From positions 39,340-103,339 of the forward strand of contig JAGARR010000053.1 of the NCBI GenBank assembly GCA_017622135.1: 64,000 nucleotides of DNA, written 5' to 3'. Source of the DNA: Spirochaetaceae bacterium (GTDB lineage: Bacteria; Spirochaetota; Spirochaetia; Treponematales; Treponemataceae). Both the position numbers and the translations under genes were made by a program. Below the pieces are notes generated by a model that did no database searches, was not told where the DNA came from, and saw only the letters and a program-made list of their open reading frames with translations. Below are positions 46,367 to 55,411 of this stretch, piece after piece (position 1 is the stretch's first letter; the number at the start of each line of letters is the position of its first letter).

Positions 46367-47690
46367 CCCAGTCCTCCTGGCTCCAAGGAGACCTCTGGGT
46401 GGGCACCAGCTCCAGTGCTCCAGCAGACTCCCCCACCAGCTGGAAGGTCAAAAGTCCGGCCTGTACCTTGGCGGCTACCACTCGCTCCACTGCCCTATCC
46501 AGCAGGGCGGCAAAATCAGCGTCGCTCTGGCTCCTGTCAAGAATCAGCCGCAGCACGGAGCCAAACCGCTTCTCAGAGAGCATAATCACGTCAACGCCAG
46601 CTTCCAGGGCCAGCATCACCGCCTTGTGGGGGGGGAAGCCGTTCTTTTCCAGGGCCGCCATAAAAATATCGTCGGAAAGGATGAGCCCTCCATAGCCGAA
46701 ACGTTGACGCAGCACCTCCGTCACCCAAAAGTGGGAGAGGCAGGCGGGTGTCTCGGAATCCTGCTCTGGAGAGGCGGTGGTGCCACTGGTACTGATCCGG
46801 GCATGGGACATGAGGACCGCCCACGGATCGCTTTCCTGCAGCACCCGGCGGAAGGGCTCCAGATAGAACCGCTCCAGCTCCTGCTGCTCCAGGGCAATCT
46901 CCGGCAGTCCTGAGTGGGGGTCGTCGTTGGTGTTTCCGGGAAAGTGCTTGGCAACCGCTATCAGTCCCTGACTCTGGAACCCTTTGATGGCGGCACCGGC
47001 AAATTCCTCCATGGTTCCAAGACCCCCAAAGCTGCGGCTGTCCAGAAAGGTGCTGTTGTGCTGGCTTTCCGCCTCGGCCACCGGGGCAAGATTCATCTGG
47101 AAGCCCAGCAAGCTCATCTGTGTGGCCTGGGTGGCGTACAGGGATTGGGCCTGGCTGGAGGTGAGGGACTGGGCCACCTGCCGGGCCGAGGGCAAGGGGG
47201 AGGTTACAGAACGGAGGCGGTTCACCATGCCGCCCTCCTGGTCCACTGCCAGTAGTGGCGGAACCATGCCCCGCTGCTGGCTCCAGCTCTGGATGGAGGC
47301 GGTGAATTCCGCCACCTGGGCTGGTGTTTCGGCGATGTTGTATGAAAAGAAAAGATAGCCTCCGGGCAGCAGGGCCTCCTCAGGAAGGTCACCCCACTGG
47401 AATGACTCTACCGGGGAAAAGCTCCTGCTTCCCTCCAGATTCACCAAAAACAGCTGGCTGTACCGTTGCACCGGATCCAGAGACTGAACAAAGGCGCGGA
47501 TAGCCTCCTCTTGCTGACTGCGGGCCAACTCCTCTGGAGCGACTGCTTGTGGTGATGACACCTCATTGTTTGAATTGAAAGTATCTTTTGTTGGATTATC
47601 CTTGCCGCTGCAGGAAAGGACCAGCAGGGCCGTTGCGGTAAAAAACAGGAATCTTCCGATTCGTGTCATCTTTTTTCGTGCCATGGTCAC
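46305..47690 (-). CDS. Glycoside hydrolase family 3 lipoprotein (NagZ-like beta-N-acetylhexosaminidase)
   Basis: Lipobox LVLSCSG. GH3 motifs LLAVDQEGGMVNRL, KHFPGNTNDDPHSGLP and ILSDDIFM. Confidence 0.85.
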   Translation of the reverse strand: MTMARKKMTRIGRFLFFTATALLVLSCSGKDNPTKDTFNSNNEVSSPQAVAPEELARSQQEEAIRAFVQSLDPVQRYSQLFLVNLEGSRSFSPVESFQWGDLPEEALLPGGYLFFSYNIAETPAQVAEFTASIQSWSQQRGMVPPLLAVDQEGGMVNRLRSVTSPLPSARQVAQSLTSSQAQSLYATQATQMSLLGFQMNLAPVAEAESQHNSTFLDSRSFGGLGTMEEFAGAAIKGFQSQGLIAVAKHFPGNTNDDPHSGLPEIALEQQELERFYLEPFRRVLQESDPWAVLMSHARISTSGTTASPEQDSETPACLSHFWVTEVLRQRFGYGGLILSDDIFMAALEKNGFPPHKAVMLALEAGVDVIMLSEKRFGSVLRLILDRSQSDADFAALLDRAVERVVAAKVQAGLLTFQLVGESAGALELVPTQRSPWSQEDWDAVHQQGMELYCSVFGGTSE

Positions 47691-48007
47691 ACTATAGCTG
47701 AAAAGCGGGAACTTTCCAAGGGAGGGGATGGAGGGTGGATGTGCAACTCACAGGGGTACGCCTTTTGGTTTATTCACGTATTCTTACCCTTGACAATTCC
47801 CCCATGTCTCTTTTGTTCCATAAAAAGTATGCTTTTCTGCCGCCATGGAAATACCAGTGGAGGTACAACCACCGCAATGATGATTTGGTCAGCGAGCTGG
47901 CTAAAATCCTGAAAAGATACTAGTCTAGCACCTTAAATTTACACCCACCGCTCTCCATTCTACCACAGTCCCTGTCCCAAACAATGCCACAGGCTGAAAG
48001 AAATTTT

Positions 48008-48094
48008 CCCTACAGTACAAAACTATTTTCTTTTTGGTACAAAACATTATTCCGACAGTCCAAAAACATTTTCCTGACAGTACAAAAAGATTCT
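48008..48094. repeat. Four degenerate tandem repeats of 21-22 bp (plus-strand unit about CCnGACAGTACAAAAACATTTT)
   Basis: Units read at 48008-48029, 48030-48051, 48052-48072 and 48073-48094. The core GT(A/C)CAAAA recurs at 48015, 48037, 48058 and 48080. Confidence 0.6.
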
Positions 48095-48098
48095 CCTT

Positions 48099-48788
48099 TC
48101 AGCATGAGGCCATGCTTCTGTCAGCCTCCATCCTGATGATTCGGTCCGCCACCAGCTGGGCCTCCTCCTGGTCGTGGGTGACGAAGATGCCGGCGAAGCC
48201 GAATTCCCCCTGCATCCGGCGGATGTCCTGGGCGAGGCGGCGGCGCAAAGGGGCATCCAGGGCGGAAAGTGGCTCGTCAAAGAGGATGAGCTTGGGTCTG
48301 ACGATGAGGGTACGGGCCAGGGACACCCGCTGGGCCTCACCACCGGAAAGGGATTCGGGACGGCGGCGGGCGAAGTCCTTCATGCCGAAGCCTTCCAGCA
48401 GCGCCATGGCCTGCCGCCGAGACTCCGCCCTCCCCATTCCCTGACAGCGCAGCCCGTAGGCAACATTGTCGTCGGTACGGAGATGGGGAAAGAGGGAGGG
48501 CTGCTGGAACACCATGCCAATCTGTCGTTTTCCCGGCGGCACCGGCAGCAGGCTCCGTCCCTCAAGCCGCAGCACCGGCGACTCCTGGCCATCCTCTACA
48601 TCCGGGGTCAGGAGCCCCGCAATGAGCCGCAGCACCGTGGACTTGCCGCAGCCGGAGGGTCCCAGCAGGGCCACCATCTCCCCCGCCTGCAAATCCAGCG
48701 AGAAGTCCACCTGCAGCCGCTGCTCCTCGGACTGCCAGGTCTTCCTCAAATTCCTGGCCTGAAAGTAGACCTCATTCCGATCACCCAT
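48099..48788 (-). CDS. thiQ: Thiamine ABC transporter ATP-binding protein
   Basis: Start taken at ATG 48788, overlapping the thiP stop. Walker A GPSGCGKST, signature LSGGEAQR, Walker B ILFDEP. Assigned to thiamine by operon context and the riboswitch. Confidence 0.85.
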   Translation of the reverse strand: MGDRNEVYFQARNLRKTWQSEEQRLQVDFSLDLQAGEMVALLGPSGCGKSTVLRLIAGLLTPDVEDGQESPVLRLEGRSLLPVPPGKRQIGMVFQQPSLFPHLRTDDNVAYGLRCQGMGRAESRRQAMALLEGFGMKDFARRRPESLSGGEAQRVSLARTLIVRPKLILFDEPLSALDAPLRRRLAQDIRRMQGEFGFAGIFVTHDQEEAQLVADRIIRMEADRSMASC

Positions 48789-50538
48789 GATTCTCCTCCT
48801 TGAAACGCTTTTTCCCCGGCTGCCGTCCCGTTCTTCCCCGGTCACCGAGAAAGAACAGGGGCATGGACAGTGCCGCCAGCACCAGACCGCTGCAGCAGGC
48901 TTCCCCAAAGCGATAGGCTCCTGCCAGATTGTAGGTGTACAGGGCAAGGGTCTCGAAGCGGGGAATCCCCAGAACCAGCGGCAGGGTGGTGTCCCCGCAG
49001 CCCAGGGCCAGGCAGAATCCCAGGGCAGACAGGAGGCTTTTTCGGCACAGGGGCAGGTAGATTCTGAACACAGGGTCAAGGGGAAAGCCAGAGAGCATGG
49101 TGGCCGCATCTGTCATGGCGGGGGGAATCTTGTCCATGGCCACGGAAACCTGCCGGAAGGCCAGGGGCCAGTGGAGGGCGGCCTGCAGCAGCACCAGCAT
49201 CCAGGGGCTTCCTGTCAGGCCAGGCCACCAGGAGGCCATCAGCCGGGTTGCACCAAAGCCCAGCACCACTGAGGACACCGCCATGGGCAGCAGGGGCAGA
49301 ATCCTGCCAAGAACGCCACGTCTCCTGCTCCAGGCAATCCGACGCTCCCATTCCTTCAGGACAACTGACAGAAAGAGGGCGGCCGCCACCGCCAGCACCG
49401 ATGACAGGGCTGAAGTTGCCAGGGTGTTCTTCAGGGAGATGAAAAAGCCGGGGCGGGAAAGGAGGGAGCGGAAGTTCATCAGGGAAAGGCCCTGTCCGGA
49501 GGGAAGGCTTCTGGATGTGAGGGCAGACACCACCAGCTGCAGCAGGGGCAGCAGGAAGAACAGCACCACCGCCACCGTCAGCAGGGCAAATCCCGCCACC
49601 TCGCAGAAACCGCCCAAGGGTCTTCTTCCAAATCCTGCAGCATCCAGGGCCAGTCCACGGTTCTCCCGTCCCCGTCCCTCCGCAAGGCTGTAGAGCCACA
49701 CCACCAGCACCGCCACCGCCGTCTCCACTAGAGCCAGGGCCGAGGCCAGCGGGAAGTTCAGGCTGGAGCGGGCCGCCTGATATATCTCCACCTCCAGCAC
49801 CGAGGTTCCCACCCCGCCAAAGAGCAGCACCAGCACAAAGCTGAAGAAGCAATAGAGGAACACCATCATGGTGGCAGAGGCAATGGAGGGCAGGAGCTGC
49901 ACCAGCGTCACGGTCCTGAACACACGGAAGGGGCTGGCTCCCAGCAGCAGGGCGGCATCATGCTGGTTGGCGGGAAGCTGGCTCCAGCAGTCTCCGCAGG
50001 TCTTCATCACCAGGGGAAAGTTGTAGAAGCCCTGGGCCACCACGATTCCCAGGGAGGAGTACAGAAAGGTGAATGGAGGCTCCTCCAGTCCCACCAGGGC
50101 CTGGGCCATGTCGTTGGCCACACCCTGCATTCCCCAGAACATGACGTAACCCAGGGCCACCAGCAGCGGCGGCACACAGAGGGGCACTGCAGACAGGGAA
50201 AGGAGCAGACGGCGGCCGGGAAATCTTCTGGTAGCGGTAAAGAAGGCGGCGGGAATCCCTATCACCAGGGCCAACAGGGAGGAAAGCAGCGCCAGAACCA
50301 ATGTCCTGAATGCAACCCGCACCACCCTGCTGGAAAACACAAGGGAGAGCCCGCCGCCAGCATCCTTCAACGGAAGAACGGCGTGAACAAGGGGCAGCAC
50401 AAAGGCCAGCACCAGAGCCGCCAGCACAACGCCGCCCAGAACAGCGGCGGCAACCTGGCCACCCCTCCTGACAAGGCCACCGGCAGACAATCTGCCCGTC
50501 TTCCCAACGAACATCCTTTCTTCCATAGAAGTCAGCAC
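48781..50538 (-). CDS. thiP: Thiamine ABC transporter permease (two fused permease domains)
   Basis: 585 aa, about 12 TM segments, GTG start. Context is thiB-thiP-thiQ. Confidence 0.85.
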   Translation of the reverse strand: MLTSMEERMFVGKTGRLSAGGLVRRGGQVAAAVLGGVVLAALVLAFVLPLVHAVLPLKDAGGGLSLVFSSRVVRVAFRTLVLALLSSLLALVIGIPAAFFTATRRFPGRRLLLSLSAVPLCVPPLLVALGYVMFWGMQGVANDMAQALVGLEEPPFTFLYSSLGIVVAQGFYNFPLVMKTCGDCWSQLPANQHDAALLLGASPFRVFRTVTLVQLLPSIASATMMVFLYCFFSFVLVLLFGGVGTSVLEVEIYQAARSSLNFPLASALALVETAVAVLVVWLYSLAEGRGRENRGLALDAAGFGRRPLGGFCEVAGFALLTVAVVLFFLLPLLQLVVSALTSRSLPSGQGLSLMNFRSLLSRPGFFISLKNTLATSALSSVLAVAAALFLSVVLKEWERRIAWSRRRGVLGRILPLLPMAVSSVVLGFGATRLMASWWPGLTGSPWMLVLLQAALHWPLAFRQVSVAMDKIPPAMTDAATMLSGFPLDPVFRIYLPLCRKSLLSALGFCLALGCGDTTLPLVLGIPRFETLALYTYNLAGAYRFGEACCSGLVLAALSMPLFFLGDRGRTGRQPGKKRFKEENHG

Positions 50539-50549
50539 AGAGGGTCGGC

Positions 50550-51566
50550 CTATTCCGCCAGCAGGCTCATCACCGCCTCCACAGCCGCCGCCAGGGTCTC
50601 ATTGTCCACCGTCAGGGCCTTGCCTGCCTGGGGAGCCGCCTGGTAGGAGGCGGGCAACTCCACCTGCGGGTTCACGGGGTACATCCACTGGGTCAGGGGC
50701 AGCATCTCCTGGGCCTGCTGTGAGACCAGGAAGTCCAGGAAGCGGCGGCCTCCTTCAGCATTGGGAGCCCCCTTCACCAGGGCCGCCCCCTCAATCTGGA
50801 GGGAATGCCCCTCCGGGAAGATGAGGGCCTGGAACTGGTCCCCCTCGCCATATTCCAGGTGGTAAGCAGGACTGGTGGTATAGCTCACCACCAAGGGGGC
50901 CTCCCCGGCGGTGAAGAATCCGTAGCCCGTGCTCCAGGAGGGAGCCATGGTGAGGATGTTGGGCTTGAGCGCCCGCCAGTAGTCAAGGTAGTCCTCACCA
51001 AAGACTGCCACCGTCCAGGCCACAAAGCCCAGGCCGGGCGTGCTGGTGCGGGGGTCCATCAGGATTATCTTCTTGCGGTACACCTCACTGGTCAAATCCT
51101 GCAGCGATGTGGGAGCGGGAACCGACGAGCGGCTGTCGTGAATCATGGCGAAGTAGCTCCAGTCGTAGGGGGTCAAAAGCCAGTCCTCCGTGAGGCGGAG
51201 ATGCTGCGGCACCAGCTGGGCTCCATCCTGCGGCTGGTAGGGCTCCAGCACGCCGGAGCTGCGGGCCAAATCGACTTGGTTGTTGTCCACTCCGATGACC
51301 ACATCGGCCTGGGGAGCCGACGACTCAAGGATGGTGCGGGAGAGAATCTGGGCCCCGTCCCCCACCACAATCATGGTGCATTTTAGACCTGTTTTTTCTT
51401 CAAAGGCCTTGGCCAGCTGCGGTCCTGGCCCCCACTCCCCTGCAAAGGAGTCGTAGGTGTAGACCACCACCTCGTCGGTTCGTTGGGAATTGTCCTTGGC
51501 ACCAAAGGCAGCCACAGAACAAACAATACATGTAGATAGGAAAATGGTAAAAAGACGTGTCTTCAT
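50550..51566 (-). CDS. thiB: Thiamine-binding periplasmic lipoprotein
   Basis: Start taken at ATG 51566 (MKTRLFTIFLSTCIV...; lipobox LSTC), which follows GGAGG. VVVYTYDSFAGEWGPGP is typical of ThiB/TbpA. Confidence 0.88.
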   Translation of the reverse strand: MKTRLFTIFLSTCIVCSVAAFGAKDNSQRTDEVVVYTYDSFAGEWGPGPQLAKAFEEKTGLKCTMIVVGDGAQILSRTILESSAPQADVVIGVDNNQVDLARSSGVLEPYQPQDGAQLVPQHLRLTEDWLLTPYDWSYFAMIHDSRSSVPAPTSLQDLTSEVYRKKIILMDPRTSTPGLGFVAWTVAVFGEDYLDYWRALKPNILTMAPSWSTGYGFFTAGEAPLVVSYTTSPAYHLEYGEGDQFQALIFPEGHSLQIEGAALVKGAPNAEGGRRFLDFLVSQQAQEMLPLTQWMYPVNPQVELPASYQAAPQAGKALTVDNETLAAAVEAVMSLLAE

Positions 51567-51571
51567 ACTTC

Positions 51572-51668
51572 CTCCGCCGGCATTATCCGGATCAGGTTGG
51601 GACAGCCCTACGGCCATCCTGCGGGTATATTCTCAGAGAGCATGGAATGCCACGCTCACACCCCGGTG
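51572..51668 (-). promoter_or_regulatory. TPP (THI-box) riboswitch controlling thiBPQ
   Basis: Minus strand reads CACCGGGGTG...CTGAGA..ACCC...AACCTGATCCGGATAATGCCGGCGGAGG. All conserved THI-box blocks are present, and the 3' end runs into the thiB SD (GGAGG, 51575-51571). Confidence 0.9.
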
Positions 51669-51677
51669 ATGGGTTTG

Positions 51678-51706
51678 AGTATAGTGGATTTATCTAGGAA
51701 TGACAA
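51678..51706 (-). promoter_or_regulatory. Sigma-70 promoter candidate for the TPP riboswitch / thiBPQ (TTGTCA, 17-bp spacer, TATACT)
   Basis: Minus strand has TTGTCA (51706-51701), a 17-bp spacer, then TATACT (51683-51678), about 10 nt before the riboswitch 5' end. Confidence 0.55.
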
Positions 51707-51791
51707 GGTGGGATGTGGATGAGAGACAATGGATCATTATATTCATCTTTTACAAGATTTATTAAGAGAAATCAATCTCAGTCATCTTATA

Positions 51792-54700
51792 TCATACTTT
51801 AATCCCTATTTTGTTTCTTAAATCATCGAAAGAAGCAACGTGGTCATAGTGAACTTCCTTTGATGAAACCACATTGAACAGTTTTTTTGCACATTCAATT
51901 TTATTTGCTTCTATCTTTCTCAATTGCAAATCTTCCAAACGTCCCTTTGTTTCAGCAACAAAGAAAATATGTTTTACCCTATCCTTATCAAAGGCAATGG
52001 CCCAATCCGGTGCATAATTTCCCACAGGTGTTGGAATTTGGAATGAACGGGGAAGTCTTGCATAGACCACCACTTCTGTAGCACCATCAAGCTGTTCAAC
52101 AAATTTCCATTCAGTATCACTATCTACAAAAACTAAATCTTGAATGCACTTTGATGCAGGAAAAGCATCTTTATTAGATAAATTACCAGCTGTAAAAATA
52201 CTTGAATCATAAGTATCTGATAATTCATGATACTCAATATGCTCAACTATTTTTGTAGATTTTTGAGCATTAATGATATTGATTACATCACGAATAAATT
52301 TTTCTGGATTAAATCCAAATTGCTCCATCTCTTTTATTGTAAGTTGACTCAGAATTGTAGCCACCGTCTTTCTGGTTAGCTTGCAGCCTTTTGCAATATC
52401 ACCTACAAGGTCATATTTTACTGTACTAGATGTAGCTTTACGAACTATCTTTGATTCACTTTTCGTTTCACCAAAGGAAGAACCTGCTTTTAATTCAGCT
52501 TCATCCATTTTATCTTTTTGTTTTCCCACCTCCAAGGTATAACGCATAGGAGCAACATGAAGCTCCTTTTTAATTGCATCAACAGCATTGTTTATCAACT
52601 CTTCGCTATTAAACTGGCAAGTATATGAATACTTATGATTGATTTTATGCCACAACTCTTGGAAAATCTCCTTATCAAAGTTTCTGTTCAACGGATTTCC
52701 ATTTTCCCATTTTGGATGCTGTGCATTATCAATCATTCCAGAAAGCATGGAAGGATTATAAACGGCCTGAACAAGTCTTTGGATTTGTTCAAACATCTCT
52801 AGGCGAGCTTGGGGATTTGTTTGTATTTCATCCGGTAAAGTATATTCAATACTTTCAGGAATTCTTTGCAAACAACCGTTTTCTACCGACTCTTTATATA
52901 TTTGTGTTGGTTGATCATTTTCATCGATATAATCGTTCTTTAACAAATACTGATAAATGATTTTTGCTTGTTTTGCATCAAGTTCTATCTTGTAGCCACA
53001 AACAGTAATTACCTTACCGACAAAATAATCAATATCAGCAATTTTAGGGCGTGTATCAGAAAGTTCTGCTGCAATATCTTTTTGCAAACCATCCACAAAA
53101 TCTTTATAACTTTCACTGGCAATAACGGTGAGAGTATTAATTTCATGGACACTTTCGCCAAGGATATCTTTATCTTGACGTGCACCATCCTCATTTACGC
53201 AAAGTCGCATACCCCGCCCCACTTCTTGGCGACGAGAAACAGTGTTATCGGAATGCTTTAAAGTACAAATCTGGAATACATTGGGATTATCCCACCCTTC
53301 TCGCAATGCAGAGTGAGAAAAAATAAACCGTATTGGCACAGTAAAATCTAAGAGCAGCTCCTTTCGTTTAAGAATCAAATCATAAGTTGAAACATCCTCT
53401 TCTGACTCCCCATTAGAATTGGTTAATCTGCCTTTTTTATCCCGACTAAAATACCCTTCATGACAGGAACTAATTTCTTTTGCAGTTGGAAGCAAATACT
53501 TTTGATAATAACTATCAGGAGAAATATGAAGAAACTCATTCATGACATTGACATATTCCTCCTCAAACATTTGACCATATTCACCAGGAATTTCAGAACC
53601 ATCTTCTTCTGTAGCACGATATTTTGCAACTTCATCGATAAAGAAAAGAGAAAGAACTTTTATTTTCAATCCCTGCTCATAAAATTCCCTCTCCTTTTCA
53701 AAATGACTACGAATGGTTTCTCTAATTTGAACTCGACGAATATCCTTTTCTGCAACATTTCCTGTTACTTGTCCCATAAACAACATAGTAGGATCTGCAT
53801 TGGAACTTACAGACACATTAAATCTAACTGCATTTATTTCTGGCAATATTTCGGCAATGTAAATTCCCTTATATTCTTCCAAACCTTTTGACACAACATC
53901 AAGCTTATCTCCAGTTAAAAGTTTTACTGGAAGCCGTTTAATTCCGTTTGCTTGCTTTACATCAATTTCTAATTTTACCATTGGTGGTTGTTTGGGAGAA
54001 AGGATGATACTTTCTGCATAAATATAGGTTTGGGTTCCTGCTATATTGTCTAGCCTAAATCCTTTTACCTTAATTTTTTTTACGAGCTTTTGATTATATG
54101 CATCAAGAGCATCAAGACGATATATAAGATTATGCTGAACCTTGTGTGTAGCAGAATAATTTATTGTAAACAAAGGGATAAACTGCTTTAATGCATTTTG
54201 AGTTGCAGCACCACCCATTTTTTGAGGTTCATCCAAAATGAGAATAGGACGATTTGCAGCAATAACATCAATGGGGCGACGGCTAGCAAATTCATCACGC
54301 TTAGTATAAATAATACGTGCAGCCTCATTCCCCTTTCTGCCTGCTACATTTTTATCTTTGTTTAAGGAGCTATTAAATGCCTGCATATTGATTATCATGA
54401 CATTGATATCAGCACTGCTAGAATACTGATCCAGCAAATTCAATCTTTTGCTATTATAGATAAAGTAGCGGATTTTTTTTCCATAACGCTGCATGAAGTG
54501 ATCTTGGGTATATTCGAGACTTTTAAAAACTCCTTCACGAATGGGAAGAGAAGGTACAACTATAATGAACTTACTCCAACCGTAAACCTTGTTCAGTTCA
54601 TACATTGTATTAGTATACACATAGGTTTTTCCAGTTCCTGTCTCCATTTCAATATCAAAACTTGGACTGTTTGCTGTTTTTTCAATTTTTTCAGAATGAA

Positions 54701-54986
54701 TTATAAAATTCCTGTCTTGAATTTTATGGATATTATCTAAAAGTTCTTTATCACTTAAAATCAAATCTGCATTACGATATCCCGTATCTGATTCTTCCAG
54801 TTGTTCATCTTCTGTCTTTTGTTTTTCAAACAATTCTGTTTGGACGTCTTGTTTTACCAATTTGGGCATTAAACCTTTATCACGCAAATATTGTACTCCG
54901 TTTGCAGGTAACTGTCCCTCAAAGCAATCTACAAGTGAAGCTACGGCTTCTGTCTGATATTGTTGTATCTTAAAAGTAAACTTCAT
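51792..54986 (-). CDS. res: Type III restriction endonuclease subunit Res (SF2 helicase/translocase + PD-(D/E)xK nuclease)
   Basis: 1064 aa. Motif I ETGTGKTY, motif II ILDEPQKMGG, C-terminal nuclease YAPDWAIAF...FFVAETKG. Its ATG overlaps the stop of the mod C-terminal frame (TAATG at 54988-54984). Confidence 0.9.
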   Translation of the reverse strand: MKFTFKIQQYQTEAVASLVDCFEGQLPANGVQYLRDKGLMPKLVKQDVQTELFEKQKTEDEQLEESDTGYRNADLILSDKELLDNIHKIQDRNFIIHSEKIEKTANSPSFDIEMETGTGKTYVYTNTMYELNKVYGWSKFIIVVPSLPIREGVFKSLEYTQDHFMQRYGKKIRYFIYNSKRLNLLDQYSSSADINVMIINMQAFNSSLNKDKNVAGRKGNEAARIIYTKRDEFASRRPIDVIAANRPILILDEPQKMGGAATQNALKQFIPLFTINYSATHKVQHNLIYRLDALDAYNQKLVKKIKVKGFRLDNIAGTQTYIYAESIILSPKQPPMVKLEIDVKQANGIKRLPVKLLTGDKLDVVSKGLEEYKGIYIAEILPEINAVRFNVSVSSNADPTMLFMGQVTGNVAEKDIRRVQIRETIRSHFEKEREFYEQGLKIKVLSLFFIDEVAKYRATEEDGSEIPGEYGQMFEEEYVNVMNEFLHISPDSYYQKYLLPTAKEISSCHEGYFSRDKKGRLTNSNGESEEDVSTYDLILKRKELLLDFTVPIRFIFSHSALREGWDNPNVFQICTLKHSDNTVSRRQEVGRGMRLCVNEDGARQDKDILGESVHEINTLTVIASESYKDFVDGLQKDIAAELSDTRPKIADIDYFVGKVITVCGYKIELDAKQAKIIYQYLLKNDYIDENDQPTQIYKESVENGCLQRIPESIEYTLPDEIQTNPQARLEMFEQIQRLVQAVYNPSMLSGMIDNAQHPKWENGNPLNRNFDKEIFQELWHKINHKYSYTCQFNSEELINNAVDAIKKELHVAPMRYTLEVGKQKDKMDEAELKAGSSFGETKSESKIVRKATSSTVKYDLVGDIAKGCKLTRKTVATILSQLTIKEMEQFGFNPEKFIRDVINIINAQKSTKIVEHIEYHELSDTYDSSIFTAGNLSNKDAFPASKCIQDLVFVDSDTEWKFVEQLDGATEVVVYARLPRSFQIPTPVGNYAPDWAIAFDKDRVKHIFFVAETKGRLEDLQLRKIEANKIECAKKLFNVVSSKEVHYDHVASFDDLRNKIGIKV

Positions 54987-55411
54987 TATAGAACCTTCCT
55001 TACTGTGTCAGCAGAATATGTTGTGAATATCTGCTCAAAGTTTGTGGCGACACTATCACTGGCAAAGCCGCTGTCTCGCATTACAAAATAATATGGTTTT
55101 TCTTTTGCAATCTGAGTGATTGTTTCTTCTGTAATATCTTGATCAAAACAGGCTACAAGATAATTGTCGTTTACAAAATAAACTGTTTTTTCATTAACTT
55201 TTTTTGTTTTGATTTTGCTTGAAAGTTGTACGCCTAAATCAAGCATTACTTGGAACAGTAAATCTTCTGCGGTTCGGTCTGGTTTTACGTTGTCTTGAAA
55301 CAAGTCTTGTTTGTGTACATTCTCGGGGGAATAATACACATCCTGCATATTGGATGAATCGATTTTTAATACCCTGAAACCTATATCTAGGCTACTAGGA
55401 GCATCGCCTGT
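54986..55411 (-). pseudogene. mod: C-terminal portion of mod in the +1 frame, disconnected by the G9 tract (track ORF 54986-55348 plus its open in-frame extension)
   Basis: Reading from 55411 gives TGDAPSSLDIGFRVLKIDSSNMQDVYYSPENV... with no stop. The GFRVLKxDSSN pattern is the usual continuation of this methyltransferase family after the catalytic domain. Confidence 0.8.

Noticed and set aside
47735-47923. 62-aa ORF (GTG start) in the thiQ-GH3 intergenic region.
   Set aside because: It has no SD and an odd composition, and it sits where the GH3 promoter/leader should be on the other strand. I cannot support it as a gene. No known RNA motif was recognised there either.
54074-54480. A8 tracts on the coding strand of res (plus-strand T8 at 54074-54081 and 54473-54480), plus a similar T8 in the DUF4391-like gene at 60321-60328, considered as additional phase-variation sites.
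   Set aside because: A/T runs of 8 are expected by chance in ~30% GC coding sequence rich in Lys codons, and all three genes are in frame. Only the G9 tract in mod is compositionally anomalous and coincides with a frame break.
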